A stretch of DNA of 64,000 nucleotides from Alphaproteobacteria bacterium (GCA_965205265.1 CBDBGH010000003.1:672001-736000), one strand, 5' to 3'. Shown: positions 31,265 through 43,782, counted from the first letter of the stretch. A program made the numbers and translations. The notes: generated by a model from the sequence alone, not told the origin.

Positions 31265-32476
31265 TCAGGCCACGGCGCCCGAAGCCCTGAGCGCGGCGAT
31301 CTCCTCCGGCGCGCGGCCGAGTTCGGCCAGAATCTCGTCCGTGTGCTGGCCGGTCTCCGGCGCGGGGCCGGGCTCCGTCTTCTCCGAGCCTTCGACCCAG
31401 ACCGGCGCCGCGACCGTGTGGGTGGAGAGGCCCGACGGGTCGCGGTGGGGCACGACGACCCCGGCAGCCCTCATCTGCGGGTCTTCCGGAATGTCCTCGG
31501 TCCTGCCGACCACGCCGAACGCCAGGCCCTCCGCCTCCAGCCGCTCCCGCCACACGGGCCAGGGCTCGCGGATGAACACCTCATCGAGAATGGCAATCAG
31601 CTCGCGCGCATGGCGGTGCCGGGCCGGTTTCTCGGCGAAGCGCGGGTCGGAGCCGAGGTCCGGACGGTCGAGCGCGCGCAGCAGGTTCGGCCACTGCTTG
31701 TCCTCGTTGACGAGGCTCAGAATGAACCAGCGCCCGTCCGCGCAACGGTAGTGATTGGCGACGCCGGTCGCCCAGTTCTCGCGCTTCGGCCGGGTCGGGA
31801 TGTCGAGGCCGCAAAGCGCCGCCTGGGCGTAGAAGGCATTGCACCACACGCCGTTCGCCATGAGGTTGGTGTGCACCTTGCCGCCCTTGCCGGTGACCTG
31901 GCGGCGGTAGAGCGCCGTCATGATCGCGGCGAACAGCGCCACCCCCGTCGGATGGTCGCCCATTCCGGGGAGCGAGCGCGCGGGCGATCCTTCCGGGTCG
32001 GGGCGCACAAGGTCCATCAGCCCCGTGCGCGCCCAGAGCGCGGTGGAGTCGAAACCGGTCTTGCGGGCTTCCGGCCCCGCCTCGCCATAGGCGGAGAGCG
32101 AGGCGTAGATCAGCCGGTCGTTGAGGGGCGCTATGTCCTCGTAGCGGAGCTCCAGCTGTTCGCGCACGCGGGGCGGATAGTTGGTGACGAACACATCGGC
32201 CGCTGCCGCGAGTTCGCGCAGCACCGCCCGCCCGGCCTCCTGGCGCAAGTCCAGCGCAAGACCGCGCTTCGAGCGGTTGTCCATCATCCATGAATAGTCC
32301 ACATGGGACGAAGGAAACCCGGGAAAGGCCGACAGGCCGCGATAGGAATCGCCGGTCGGCGGCTCGACCTTGACGACGTCCGCGCCGAAGTCAGCGAGCA
32401 TGGTGGCCGCTACCGGCGCCGCGATGAAGCTGGCCACGTCGAGAACCTTGAGGCCCGCAAGAAGAGGCTCCGCCAT
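31265..32476 (-). CDS. CoA-transferase family III (CaiB/BaiF)
   Basis: LADFGADVVKVEPP, NRSKR, GMGD active-site Asp, GQHTDEIL. Confidence 0.92.
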   Translation of the reverse strand: MAEPLLAGLKVLDVASFIAAPVAATMLADFGADVVKVEPPTGDSYRGLSAFPGFPSSHVDYSWMMDNRSKRGLALDLRQEAGRAVLRELAAAADVFVTNYPPRVREQLELRYEDIAPLNDRLIYASLSAYGEAGPEARKTGFDSTALWARTGLMDLVRPDPEGSPARSLPGMGDHPTGVALFAAIMTALYRRQVTGKGGKVHTNLMANGVWCNAFYAQAALCGLDIPTRPKRENWATGVANHYRCADGRWFILSLVNEDKQWPNLLRALDRPDLGSDPRFAEKPARHRHARELIAILDEVFIREPWPVWRERLEAEGLAFGVVGRTEDIPEDPQMRAAGVVVPHRDPSGLSTHTVAAPVWVEGSEKTEPGPAPETGQHTDEILAELGRAPEEIAALRASGAVA

Positions 32477-32497
32477 GGCGGCTCGCTCCGGTTGGAT

Positions 32498-32827
32498 TCA
32501 GTTCTTGTAGTGGGCCAGAGGCGTGTACTGGCCGTCCTCGTATTCGCCGAACATCTCGTCCACCTGGGGGTGCCGGCAGGGGCGGCCGGACTGGTCTTCG
32601 AGAAGGTTCTGCTCGGAGACGTAGGCGATATAGGTCGTCTCCGCGTTCTCTGCGAGCAGGTGATAGAAGGGCTGGTCGCGGCGCGGGCGCACCTCCGCCG
32701 GGATCGACTCCCACCATTCCTCGGTGTTGGAGAAGGTCGGATCGACGTCGAAGATCACGCCCCGGAACGGGTAGCGGCGATGCCGCACCACCTGGCCTAT
32801 CCCGAACTTGGCTTCCCGCATTTCCAT
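32498..32827 (-). CDS. hspQ: Heat shock protein HspQ (YccV-like)
   Basis: AKFGIGQVVRHR, GVIFDVDP, QPFYHLLAEN, YVSEQNL. Confidence 0.92.
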   Translation of the reverse strand: MEMREAKFGIGQVVRHRRYPFRGVIFDVDPTFSNTEEWWESIPAEVRPRRDQPFYHLLAENAETTYIAYVSEQNLLEDQSGRPCRHPQVDEMFGEYEDGQYTPLAHYKN

Positions 32828-32933
32828 GGGCTTCTGTCTTCGTCAGGCGAAAGGTCGATGAGTGCGGACGCCCCCGCGCCCCATGGAGAAGAGCATACTG
32901 CGGCCGAAGCATCCGGCAAGCGGCCGGACCGGC

Positions 32934-34106
32934 TCAGCCGGGACGCGACCGTTCCGCGGGCGGGATGAAGGCGATGGCGCAGGCCGCGGCAACGGCGCAG
33001 ACGGCGACCGCGAAGAACGGCCACTCGTAGCTGCCGAGTTCGTCATAGGCGAGGCCGGCCAGCGGCGGGCCGAACAGCGTGCCGATGCCGACGCTCGAAT
33101 AGAGGAGCCCGATGATGGCGCCGACGGAGCGCAGCCCGAACAGGTCCGCGGTCACCGACGGCGCCAGCGCGACGAAGCCGCCGTAGCAAAGCCCGAACAT
33201 GCCGGCGACGGCCGCCAGATGCCAGAACGGCCCGACCAGCATCCATGCCGCCAGCATGGCCCCCATGCCGGCGTAAAGCAGCGAGAGGCAGAGCTTCCGC
33301 CCGATACGGTCCGCCACGGGAGCCAGGACGAAGCGTCCAACCGTGCTGCCGACCCCGACGAGGGGAATGAGGGCGTTCGCCTCGACCAGGGAGAAGCCCC
33401 GGTCGAGCGCATGGGGCACCGCATGCACGAAGGGAATGAAGATGCCGAAGGCGAGCACCAGCGTGGCGAGGTAGAGGATCCAGAATGTGCGCCCGGAGAG
33501 CGCCTCGCCCACCGTGAAGCCCGGCAGGGCGGGGCTGGCGGCCGGCCCGGTCCCCGGCGCGGTTATGAAATGCGCCGCGCCGCCGCCCAGCACGAGCACG
33601 CCGAGGGCCAGCGCCAGATAGGCGAAGCGCCAGTCCGCCGCCTCGATCAGGACGACGGCGATGAGGGGGGCGGCAAGCGTGCCGACGCCGATGCCGGCAA
33701 CGGCGAAACCGGAGGCCATGCCTCTCCTTGCGGTGAACCATCGCTGGACCGCGCCGACCGCCGGCACATAGGCCAGCCCGACCCCGAAGCCGACGCCGAG
33801 TCCGTATCCGAGGCAGACCTGCCAGAGCGTGGTCGCATGGGCGGCGACAAGCAGGCCGGCTCCGACCACGGCCATGCCGGCAATGCAAAGCTCCCGCGGC
33901 CCCATGATGTCGGCGATCCGGCCCGAGACCGCGCCGAAGCCGAAATAGAGAAACGCCGCCAGCGAAAAGACCAGGCTCGTCTCGGCGCGCGTCGCGCCGA
34001 ACTCGCGCTCCAGCGAGGGAAAGAAAGTCGAGAAGGTGTAGGCAGCTCCGAATCCGACGAACAGGACGACGAAGGTCGCCCCGACGACGCCCCAGCCGTT
34101 TCTCAC
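32934..34106 (-). CDS. MFS transporter (monocarboxylate/OFA-like)
   Basis: About 12 hydrophobic segments; GRIADIMGPR, WFTARRGMA, ADRIGRK; GTG overlaps the TauD stop. Confidence 0.88.
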   Translation of the reverse strand: MRNGWGVVGATFVVLFVGFGAAYTFSTFFPSLEREFGATRAETSLVFSLAAFLYFGFGAVSGRIADIMGPRELCIAGMAVVGAGLLVAAHATTLWQVCLGYGLGVGFGVGLAYVPAVGAVQRWFTARRGMASGFAVAGIGVGTLAAPLIAVVLIEAADWRFAYLALALGVLVLGGGAAHFITAPGTGPAASPALPGFTVGEALSGRTFWILYLATLVLAFGIFIPFVHAVPHALDRGFSLVEANALIPLVGVGSTVGRFVLAPVADRIGRKLCLSLLYAGMGAMLAAWMLVGPFWHLAAVAGMFGLCYGGFVALAPSVTADLFGLRSVGAIIGLLYSSVGIGTLFGPPLAGLAYDELGSYEWPFFAVAVCAVAAACAIAFIPPAERSRPG

Positions 34107-34963
34107 GCGGCGGTGGGCCCGATTCCGGCGACGGTCGTGCGATGCATCACACGGCGGTATTTCCCCTTGTTCCAGGGCCGGCCGCGGTGCAGGCAGCAGC
34201 GGTTGTCCCACATGACCAGGTCGCCCTGCCGCCAGCGGTGGGTGTAAGTGTAGCGCTCCTGCACGATACGGTCGGTAAGGCCGCACAGAAAGGCGCGGCT
34301 CTCCTCGACATCGCGGCCGCGTATGTGGCTCGCATGGGCGCCGGCATAGATGTTGCGCCGGCCGTTGGCCGGATTGCTGCGAACCACGGCCTGCGGCACC
34401 GGCGGCGTTTCGCTGCGCTGCGCCTCGTCCACGAGGTCGCCGCGTATCAACCCGCGCGAATAGGCGAAGTCATGGATGGCGACGAGGCCGTCCAGCTCCT
34501 CCTTGAGGGCGTCCTCCAGATCGTCCCAGGCGGCGCGGCCGGTCGCGAATTCCGTTTCGCCCTCTTCGGGAGGCACCTCGCGCCCGGAGAGCAGCGAGGC
34601 CGTCGCGGGCACGCGCTTGAACGAGCTGTCCGTGTGCCACATCTCGTTGCCGGAGTTGTACACATTGCGCCAGTCTTCCACCGGAAGGATCGTGTCGGTT
34701 TCCGGATCGACATTGGAAATGACCGCAATCTCGGATCCCGCGCCGACATTTGAGCGCACCGTGCCTTCCAACGGCCCGAACCGCTTCGAAAATTCGATCT
34801 GCTGCCTGTCGTCTATGTGCTGGCCCCTGAACACCAGAACCGAATAATCGTTGAAAAGACGGGCGATTTCGGCAAAGTCGGAGTTGCTCACGCTCCCGGC
34901 GATATCGACGCCCGAGATTTCGGCGCCGAACACCGGGGTCAGCTGCTTGAAGGTGACGGTCAT
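34103..34963 (-). CDS. TauD/TfdA-family Fe(II)/2-oxoglutarate dioxygenase
   Basis: FGAEISGVD, WHTDSSF, WDNRCCLHR, MHRTT. Confidence 0.92.
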   Translation of the reverse strand: MTVTFKQLTPVFGAEISGVDIAGSVSNSDFAEIARLFNDYSVLVFRGQHIDDRQQIEFSKRFGPLEGTVRSNVGAGSEIAVISNVDPETDTILPVEDWRNVYNSGNEMWHTDSSFKRVPATASLLSGREVPPEEGETEFATGRAAWDDLEDALKEELDGLVAIHDFAYSRGLIRGDLVDEAQRSETPPVPQAVVRSNPANGRRNIYAGAHASHIRGRDVEESRAFLCGLTDRIVQERYTYTHRWRQGDLVMWDNRCCLHRGRPWNKGKYRRVMHRTTVAGIGPTAA

Positions 34964-35017
34964 GGCGTTTCCTCCCGGCGGCGATTGAACCAGCCCGGAA
35001 GGCGCTTGAAAAGAAGC

Positions 35018-37306
35018 ATGGACGCGGACCGCCTGGCAGCCCTGGAAGCGCTGGAGCGCAAAGTGCTCTGGCTGTCTTCCTGGATGATCCATAACGCCAA
35101 CCATCTCCGCGAGAGCCGCGACGGGCTGAAGGTGGGAGGGCACCAGGCGTCCAGCGCTTCGGTCGCCACGATCCTCACGGCGCTCTATTTCGACACGCTG
35201 AAACTGGGCGACCGGGTGGCGGTGAAACCCCATGCAAGCCCGGTCTATCACGCCATCCAGTATCTGCTCGGGCGGCAGTCGCGCGAGAAACTGGAGCGCT
35301 TTCGCGCGTTCGGGGGGGCGCAAAGCTACCCTTCGCGCACCAAGGACAGCGACGACGTCGATTTCTCCACCGGCTCGGTCGGGCTCGGGGTGGGGATCAC
35401 CACATTCGCCTCCATCATGCAGGACTATGTGCGCCTGAAAGGGCTGGGGGACGGCGGCCCCCCCGGACGGATGGTGGCGGTAATGGGCGATGCCGAGATC
35501 GACGAGGGCAATATCTTCGAGGCGATGCTCGAAGGCTGGAAGCACGATGTCCGCAATCTCTGGTGGATCATCGACTACAACCGCCAGAGCCTCGACTCGG
35601 TCGTCACCGACCGCCTGTTCCGGCGCTTCGACGGCATTTTCCGCGCGATGGGATGGCAGGTCCACACGCTCAAATACGGGAAACGCCTTCAGGCGGCCTT
35701 CCGGAAACGGGACGGCAAGGCTCTGGAACGCTGGATCGACGATTGCCCGAACTCCCGCTACTCGGCCCTCGTTTACAAGGGCGGGGCGGCATGGAGAGAG
35801 GCGCTGGAGGACGACCTCGGCCATCTCGCCGGAATCCGCAGTCTGCTGAAGCGCCATGACGACGAGCAGCTGCACGGCCTCATGACCAATCTTGCCGGGC
35901 AGGACATGGCCGCCGTGCTCGAAGGGTTCGCCGCGGTCGAGGACGACCGGCCGACCTGCTTCATCGCCTACACGATCAAGGGCTACGGCCTGCCCTTTGC
36001 GGGCCACAAGGACAACCATGCCGGCCTCATGAATCCGGGCCAGATGGAAGCGTTCCGGGCCTCTGTCGGCATCCGGCCGGGCGAGGAGTGGGAACCCGGG
36101 GCCGGGCTGGACATCGCGCCGGAACGGCTGCATGCGGCGATTGAAGGTTCATCCTTCTTCTGCAGTCCGCCCCGGCGTCGGAAAGCGCCGCCTGTCGTGC
36201 TGCCCGACCGTCTGGAGGCGCCGGCCGGGGCGCGCATGTCCACCCAGGAGGCGTTCGGGCGAATCCTGGTCGAAATCGCCCGGGAAGGCGGGCCGCTCGC
36301 GGACCGTATCGTGACAGCCTCGCCGGACGTCACGGTTTCCACGGGGCTGGGCGGCTGGGTGAACCGGCGCGGCATATTCGCGCGCGAAGTCGTGGAGGAT
36401 GTCTTCCGGGAAGAGAATGTCGTCTCGGCGCAGCGCTGGCGGCAGGGTCCGACCGGCCAGCATGTCGAGCTCGGCATCGCGGAGAACAACCTGTTCCTTT
36501 GCCTGGCCGCGCTCGGCCTTTCGGCGGAGCTTACCGGCGAGCGCCTCTTTCCGGTCGGAACGCTTTACGATCCGTTTATCGCCCGGGGGCTGGACGCCCT
36601 CAACTACGCCGCATACCAGGACGCTCGCTTCATGGTGGTGGCGACGCCCTCGGGAATCACGCTCGCTCCGGAAGGTGGCGCGCACCAGTCCGGCACGACG
36701 CCGAACATCGGCATTGCCCAGCCGGGACTGACCGCGTTCGAGCCGGCTTACGCCGACGAGCTTGCCGCAATCATGCACTGGGGCTTCGACCATATGCAGG
36801 CCGAGGACGGCGGATCGGTTTACCTGCGCCTTTCGACCCGGCCGATCGACCAACCGGAGCGGGAGCCGGATGTTTCAGCCGTGATTTCCGGAGGCTACTG
36901 GCTGGAGCAGCCGGCGGACGGAACCGAACTCGCGATCGTTGCCATGGGGCCGGTGCTTCCCGAAGCCCTGGCGGCGCTTGCGGCAATTCGCGAAGACATC
37001 CCGGGAGCGGGCCTGCTGGCGGTCACCTCCATCGACCGCCTGCATGGCGACTGGCTGGCGCAGGGCGACGGGAGTCGCGTGGCGCAGCTGTTGGGACGGG
37101 TTTCGCGCAGAGGCGGGCTGGTGACCGTCCTCGACGGCCATCCGAGCGCGCTCGGATGGCTCGGCTCGGTTGCCGGACATCGTGTCGAGGCCCTGGGGAC
37201 GACGGATTTCGGCCAGTCGGGCGACATCCCCGACCTTTACCGGGCTCACGGCCTGGATATGGATGCCATTGTCGGTGCGGCTGCGAGGCTCTCGCTGCGC
37301 TCTTGA
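35018..37306 (+). CDS. TPP-dependent AceE-like 2-oxoacid dehydrogenase E1 / transketolase-like protein
   Basis: KVGGHQASS, STGSVGLG, GDAEIDEG...N TPP motif, LAPEGGAHQS, FGQSG. Confidence 0.85.
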   Translation: MDADRLAALEALERKVLWLSSWMIHNANHLRESRDGLKVGGHQASSASVATILTALYFDTLKLGDRVAVKPHASPVYHAIQYLLGRQSREKLERFRAFGGAQSYPSRTKDSDDVDFSTGSVGLGVGITTFASIMQDYVRLKGLGDGGPPGRMVAVMGDAEIDEGNIFEAMLEGWKHDVRNLWWIIDYNRQSLDSVVTDRLFRRFDGIFRAMGWQVHTLKYGKRLQAAFRKRDGKALERWIDDCPNSRYSALVYKGGAAWREALEDDLGHLAGIRSLLKRHDDEQLHGLMTNLAGQDMAAVLEGFAAVEDDRPTCFIAYTIKGYGLPFAGHKDNHAGLMNPGQMEAFRASVGIRPGEEWEPGAGLDIAPERLHAAIEGSSFFCSPPRRRKAPPVVLPDRLEAPAGARMSTQEAFGRILVEIAREGGPLADRIVTASPDVTVSTGLGGWVNRRGIFAREVVEDVFREENVVSAQRWRQGPTGQHVELGIAENNLFLCLAALGLSAELTGERLFPVGTLYDPFIARGLDALNYAAYQDARFMVVATPSGITLAPEGGAHQSGTTPNIGIAQPGLTAFEPAYADELAAIMHWGFDHMQAEDGGSVYLRLSTRPIDQPEREPDVSAVISGGYWLEQPADGTELAIVAMGPVLPEALAALAAIREDIPGAGLLAVTSIDRLHGDWLAQGDGSRVAQLLGRVSRRGGLVTVLDGHPSALGWLGSVAGHRVEALGTTDFGQSGDIPDLYRAHGLDMDAIVGAAARLSLRS

Positions 37307-37344
37307 GCCAGCCGGCGTTTCGATATAAGTCTCCGCCCCTCCCG

Positions 37345-37430
37345 GCGGGCGTGGCGGAATTGGTAGACGCGCCGGATTTAGGATCCGGTGGCTCGCGGCC
37401 GTGGGGGTTCGAGTCCCTCCGCCCGCACCA
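37345..37430 (+). tRNA. tRNA-Leu(TAG)
   Basis: GCGGGCGTGGCGGAATTGGTAGACGC, anticodon arm CCGGA-TTTAGGA-TCCGG, long variable arm, GGTTCGAGTCC, CCA end. Confidence 0.95.
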
Positions 37431-37480
37431 GGGACCGCCTGGCCGGGGGCCATCGACCGCAACCAGTTGAAGCCCTTCAT

Positions 37481-38836
37481 ATGCAGATTACCGAGACACT
37501 CGCCGACGGGCTGAAGCACGACTTCCGCGTTGTCGTGCCGGCCGAAGACCTGCGCTCGAAGATCGACGACAAGCTCGCCGAATACGGCGCGAACATGCGC
37601 CTGCCGGGGTTCAGGCCGGGGAAAGCGCCGTTAAAGATCCTGCGCCAGCGCTTCGGCAGGGCGGTCGAGGGAGAGATTCTCGAAGACACCATCAACCGCG
37701 GCACGCAGCAGGCGATAGAGGAACGGGGCCTGAAGCCGGCGGTCATGCCGCAGATCGACATGGTCTCGGACCTTGCAAACGGGCTGCCGGCCGGGACGGA
37801 CCTCGAATACACGGTCAGCGTCGAGGCGCTGCCGGACATCGAGCCCATCGACTTCGCGTCTCTGGAACTCGAGCGGCTCGAAGCCGAGCCCACCGACGAG
37901 ACCGTGGAAGAGCAAATCGGGCTCATCGCCAGGTCCAGTGCCGAATTGGTGCCCTTGGAGGAGGATCGGGGCGCTGCGGAGGGCGATACGCTGACGCTCG
38001 ATTTCGAAGGCAGGATCGACGGCGAGGCGTTTGCGGGCGGCGCTGCGGAGGACTACGAGATCGAACTCGGCACCGGCGAGTTCATTCCCGGTTTCGAGGA
38101 CCAGCTGGTCGGCGCGCGCGCCGGCGAGTCCCGCGATGTCGAAGTCGAGTTCCCGGAGGAATACAACGCGGCGCATCTGGCCGGCAAAGCCGCGGTGTTT
38201 TCCGTCGAGGTCAAGGAAATCCGGGAGCGGAAGGCCGTCGATCCGGACGACGAGATGGCCAAACGGGTCGGGTTCGACGATCTCGCATCGCTGCGCCAAA
38301 GCGTCGTCGAGCGGATCAAGGGACACTATGGCGGGGTCGCCCGCATGGTCGTCAAAAGGCAGCTCTTCGACCGGCTGGAACAGGAACACGATTTTCCCCT
38401 GCCCGAGAGCATGGTCGAGACCGAATTCGAGTCGATCTGGGGCGAGATCGAGAAGCGGCTGGAGGATTCCGACGCGGCCGAAGAGGTGCGCGAGGGCAAG
38501 ACCGACGATGAGCTGAAGGAGGAGTACAGGAAGGTCGCGGAGCGGCGTATCCGTCTCGGCCTCCTCCTCGCCGAAGTCGGTCGGCAGAACAATATCGAGG
38601 TCAGCCAGGAGGACCTGGAGCGGGCCATGTTCACCCAGTTGCAGCGATACCCCGGGCAGGAACAGGTCGTGATGGACTTCTACCGCAAGAACCCCTCCGC
38701 CCTGTCCCAGTTCGAAGGACCGATTCTGGAGAACAAGGTGGTCGAATTCATTCTCGAACTCGCCCAGGTCACGACCCGCGAAGTGAGCGCCGAGGAGCTG
38801 ATCGCGGCGTCCGAAGGCGTTTCCGAAGAGGAGTAG
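37481..38836 (+). CDS. tig: Trigger factor
   Basis: MQITETL, GFRPGKAP, FIPGFEDQLVG. Confidence 0.97.
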   Translation: MQITETLADGLKHDFRVVVPAEDLRSKIDDKLAEYGANMRLPGFRPGKAPLKILRQRFGRAVEGEILEDTINRGTQQAIEERGLKPAVMPQIDMVSDLANGLPAGTDLEYTVSVEALPDIEPIDFASLELERLEAEPTDETVEEQIGLIARSSAELVPLEEDRGAAEGDTLTLDFEGRIDGEAFAGGAAEDYEIELGTGEFIPGFEDQLVGARAGESRDVEVEFPEEYNAAHLAGKAAVFSVEVKEIRERKAVDPDDEMAKRVGFDDLASLRQSVVERIKGHYGGVARMVVKRQLFDRLEQEHDFPLPESMVETEFESIWGEIEKRLEDSDAAEEVREGKTDDELKEEYRKVAERRIRLGLLLAEVGRQNNIEVSQEDLERAMFTQLQRYPGQEQVVMDFYRKNPSALSQFEGPILENKVVEFILELAQVTTREVSAEELIAASEGVSEEE

Positions 38837-38845
38837 GCGGCCGCC

Positions 38846-39478
38846 ATGCGCGATCCGAAGGAAGTCCATATGAACACGCTCGTGCCCATGGTGGTGGAGA
38901 GCACCAACCGGGGCGAACGCGCCTACGACATTTATTCCCGGCTGCTCAAGGAAAGGATCATCTTTCTGACAGGGCCGGTTTTCGATCAGGTGGGCGCGCT
39001 GATTGCAGCGCAATTGCTGTTTCTGGAGGCGGAGAATCCCAGCAAGGACATTTCGTTCTACATCAACTCGCCGGGCGGCGCGGTGACATCCGGCCTCGCG
39101 ATCTACGACACCATGCAGTATATCCGCTGCGACGTCTCGACCGTGTGCATCGGGCAGGCCGCTTCAATGGGGTCGCTGCTGCTGTCCGCCGGGGCGCCGG
39201 GCAAGCGCTACGCACTGCCCAATGCGCGGGTGATGGTGCACCAGCCTTCCGGCGGCTTCCAGGGGCAGGCCAGCGACATAGAGATTCATGCGCGCGAGAT
39301 CCTGGCGCTCCGGGGGCGGCTGAACGAAATCTATGTCAAGCACTGCGGCCAATCGCTTGAAAAGGTGGAAGAAGCCCTCGACCGCGACCGATTCATGAGC
39401 CCGGAGGAAGCCCGGGAATTCGGCATCGTGGACGAGGTGGTCGAACACCGTATCCCGGGCGAAGAGGAATCGGCCTGA
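38846..39478 (+). CDS. clpP: Clp protease proteolytic subunit
   Basis: [32 protein letters not shown]. Confidence 0.98.
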   Translation: MRDPKEVHMNTLVPMVVESTNRGERAYDIYSRLLKERIIFLTGPVFDQVGALIAAQLLFLEAENPSKDISFYINSPGGAVTSGLAIYDTMQYIRCDVSTVCIGQAASMGSLLLSAGAPGKRYALPNARVMVHQPSGGFQGQASDIEIHAREILALRGRLNEIYVKHCGQSLEKVEEALDRDRFMSPEEAREFGIVDEVVEHRIPGEEESA

Positions 39479-39599
39479 AAAGGCTGCTGCAAGCGCGGCA
39501 ATCCATGTCGGCACGGAAAGCGTTGGCCCGGCGGGCAAACCCCGCTAACATGCCGGCGCGGCTTTCGGGCTGCCGCTTCGGGGAATGTTGGGATCGAAG

Positions 39600-40857
<1,258 letters not shown>

Positions 40858-40862
<5 letters not shown>

Positions 40863-40886
40863 ACGGGCTGCGGCCCCTTCCCAGAT
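40858..40886 (+). promoter_or_regulatory. Putative RpoH (sigma32) promoter of lon
   Basis: CTTG-N18-CCCAGAT resembles the alphaproteobacterial RpoH consensus; lon is an established heat-shock gene. Confidence 0.5.
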
Positions 40887-40963
40887 AAGGACCGTGCGAG
40901 GCGGTTGTGAAATGATGTCATCGAGGCAGCCTTGCCACTCACAGAGCCTCCCGGGGATGCATC

Positions 40964-43372
40964 ATGAGTAATACCAGCGGCGACCTCTATCCCGTTCTTC
41001 CCTTGCGGGACATCGTCGTCTTCCCGCACATGATCGTGCCGCTCTTCGTCGGGCGCGAGAAGTCCGTGCTGGCTCTCGAAGAGACGATGAAGAACGACAA
41101 GCACATCCTGCTGGTCACGCAGAAGGATGCGGCTACTGACGAGCCCGGTCCGGACGATATTTTCCGGATCGGCACGGTGGGCTCCGTGCTCCAGCTCCTG
41201 AAGCTGCCCGACGGCGCCGTGAAGGTGCTGGTCGAGGGGCAGAGCCGTGCCGAAATCCTGGCCTATACCGAGCGGTCCGAGTTCTTCGAAACGGCGGCCC
41301 GGGACGTTCCGGAAAGCGCCCATGGCGATCCGCAGGAACTGTCCGCGCTGGTCCGCTCCGTGGTCTCGCATTTCGAGAACTATGTGAAGCTCAACAAGAA
41401 AATCCCGCCCGAGGTCGTCGCCACGGTCGGCCAGATCGAAGACCCCTCGAAGCTTGCGGATACGGTGGCGGCGCATCTGAGCCTCAAGATCGCCGAGAAG
41501 CAGGAGCTGCTTGAGACCATACCGGTCTTCGAACGCCTGGAGCGCGTCTATGCCTGCATGGAAGGCGAGATGGATGTGCTCGAGGTCGAGAAACGGGTCC
41601 GCTCGCGCGTGAAGCGGCAGATGGAGCGCACGCAGCGCGAGTACTATCTGAACGAGCAGATGAAGGCGATCCAGAAGGAGCTGGGCGACGGCGGAGAGGG
41701 CCGCGACGAGCTCTCGGAACTCGACGAGAAGATCAAGAACACGCGGCTCTCGAAGGAAGCGGCGGAAAAGGCGACCGCGGAGCTCAAGAAGCTGCGCAGC
41801 ATGAGCCCGATGTCGGCCGAGGCGACCGTCGTGCGCAACTATCTCGACTGGATACTGGGCATTCCCTGGAAGAAACGGACAAGGATAAAGCGGGATGTGC
41901 GCAGGGCGGAGCGCATTCTGGACGAAGACCATTACGGCCTCGAAAAGGTGAAGGAGCGGATCGTCGAATATCTGGCGGTCCAGAACCGCGTCAGGAAGGT
42001 GAAGGGTCCGATCCTCTGCCTGGTCGGTCCGCCCGGAGTCGGCAAGACCTCGTTGGGCAAGTCGATCGCGCGCGCCACGGGCCGCAATTTCGTGCGTATG
42101 TCGCTGGGCGGCGTGCGCGACGAAGCCGAGATCCGCGGACATCGGCGCACCTATATCGGCTCCATGCCCGGCAAGGTGGTCCAGGGCATGAAGAAGGCCA
42201 AATCCTCCAATCCGCTTTTCCTGCTGGACGAGGTGGACAAGCTGGGCGCCGACTGGCGCGGAGACCCGTCGTCGGCGCTTCTGGAGGTGCTCGACCCGGA
42301 GCAGAACGGCACCTTCAACGACCACTATCTCGAAGTGGACTACGACCTGTCGGATGTGATGTTCATCACGACGGCGAATACGCTTCGGCTGCCGCAGCCC
42401 CTGCTCGACCGCATGGAGGTGATCCGCATTCCCGGATACACCGAGGACGAGAAGGTCGAGATCGCCCGCCGCCACCTGATCGACAAGCAGTTGGCCGCAC
42501 ACGGACTCAAGAGCGAGGAGTGGACGATTTCGGACGGCGCGCTGCGCGACCTTATCCGCTACTACACGCGCGAGGCCGGCGTCCGGAATCTGGAGCGCGA
42601 GCTGGCAAACCTGCAGCGCAAGGCGGTGAAGGCGCTGGCGACGAGCGAGGCCGATGCCATCGGGATCGAGAGCGAAAATCTCGAAACCTATGCGGGCGTG
42701 CGCAAATTCCGCTTCGGGCAGACCGAGCTGGAAGACCTGGTCGGCGTGACGACGGGGCTCGCATGGACGGAGGTCGGCGGCGAGATTCTGTCGGTCGAAG
42801 CCGTTGTCATGCCGGGCAAGGGCAATGTGAAGCATACGGGCAAGCTCGGCGACGTGATGCAGGAATCCGTCGAGGCGGCGCGCAGCTTCGTCCGGTCCCG
42901 GATGTTGCGGTTCGGCATTGCGCCGCCGGAGTTCGACCGTCGGGACATCCATGTCCATGTTCCCGAAGGGGCGACACCCAAGGACGGACCGTCGGCGGGC
43001 GTGGCCATGTGCGCGTCGATCGTTTCGGCGTTGACGGGGATTCCGGTTCGCCGCCATGTCGCCATGACCGGAGAGATTACGCTGCGGGGCCGCGTTCTGC
43101 CGATCGGCGGGCTGAAGGAGAAGCTGCTCGCGGCGCTGCGGGCCGGAATCACCACGGTGTTGATCCCCGAGGAAAACATGAAGGACCTCGCGGAGATACC
43201 CGACAATGTGAAGAACAGCCTCGAGATCGTGCCGGTAGAGACCGTCGACGAAGTGCTGGGCCGGGCGCTGACCGATATCCCGACTCCGATAGACTGGCAG
43301 CCTCCGGAAGCACCGGAAACCCCGCCGCCGGCCGTAGAAGGGGCAACGTTCGGAGGGATGGTTACGCATTGA
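40964..43372 (+). CDS. lon: Lon protease
   Basis: [29 protein letters not shown]. Confidence 0.98.
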   Translation: MSNTSGDLYPVLPLRDIVVFPHMIVPLFVGREKSVLALEETMKNDKHILLVTQKDAATDEPGPDDIFRIGTVGSVLQLLKLPDGAVKVLVEGQSRAEILAYTERSEFFETAARDVPESAHGDPQELSALVRSVVSHFENYVKLNKKIPPEVVATVGQIEDPSKLADTVAAHLSLKIAEKQELLETIPVFERLERVYACMEGEMDVLEVEKRVRSRVKRQMERTQREYYLNEQMKAIQKELGDGGEGRDELSELDEKIKNTRLSKEAAEKATAELKKLRSMSPMSAEATVVRNYLDWILGIPWKKRTRIKRDVRRAERILDEDHYGLEKVKERIVEYLAVQNRVRKVKGPILCLVGPPGVGKTSLGKSIARATGRNFVRMSLGGVRDEAEIRGHRRTYIGSMPGKVVQGMKKAKSSNPLFLLDEVDKLGADWRGDPSSALLEVLDPEQNGTFNDHYLEVDYDLSDVMFITTANTLRLPQPLLDRMEVIRIPGYTEDEKVEIARRHLIDKQLAAHGLKSEEWTISDGALRDLIRYYTREAGVRNLERELANLQRKAVKALATSEADAIGIESENLETYAGVRKFRFGQTELEDLVGVTTGLAWTEVGGEILSVEAVVMPGKGNVKHTGKLGDVMQESVEAARSFVRSRMLRFGIAPPEFDRRDIHVHVPEGATPKDGPSAGVAMCASIVSALTGIPVRRHVAMTGEITLRGRVLPIGGLKEKLLAALRAGITTVLIPEENMKDLAEIPDNVKNSLEIVPVETVDEVLGRALTDIPTPIDWQPPEAPETPPPAVEGATFGGMVTH

Positions 43373-43482
43373 TATGCAATCGGGTTCTATATAGTCCCCG
43401 ATTGTGTATCGTTTCTCTGGACGCATGCGGGGAATCGGGTTAGCTACTGCATCGTCCTCAGCAAAGACGGGAGGGAGAAATA

Positions 43483-43755
43483 ATGAACAAGAACGATCTG
43501 GTTGGGGCTGTCGCAGTATCCGCGAACTTGCAACGGGCCGAGGCCGCGCGTGCCGTTGAGGCCGTTTTCGATACGATCAGCAAGGCGCTTGCCGACGGTC
43601 AGGATGTGCGTCTGATCGGTTTCGGGACTTTTTCGGTCGCCCATCGGCCGGCTTCGAAGGCGCGGAACCCCAGGACAGGCGAGACGATCGATGTTGCGCC
43701 GTCGAACCAGCCGAAGTTCAGGGCCGGGAAGGGCCTGAAAGACGCCGTGAATTAA
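43483..43755 (+). CDS. hupB: HU DNA-binding protein
   Basis: MNKNDLV, GFGTF, RNPRTGE, PKFRAGKGLKDAVN; follows lon. Confidence 0.95.
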   Translation: MNKNDLVGAVAVSANLQRAEAARAVEAVFDTISKALADGQDVRLIGFGTFSVAHRPASKARNPRTGETIDVAPSNQPKFRAGKGLKDAVN

Positions 43756-43782
43756 CGGCGGGTCGGGCGAGCCCGGGCCTGG

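Noticed and set aside
34103-36133. 676-aa TauD fusion ORF
   Set aside because: The upstream part is antisense to the AceE-like gene; TauD has a GGAGG RBS before ATG 34963
37345-37480. tRNA-Leu as the integration site for the accessory region
   Set aside because: The accessory DNA lies 5' of the tRNA, no duplicated tRNA 3' end or integrase was seen, and tRNA-Leu-tig is the normal arrangement
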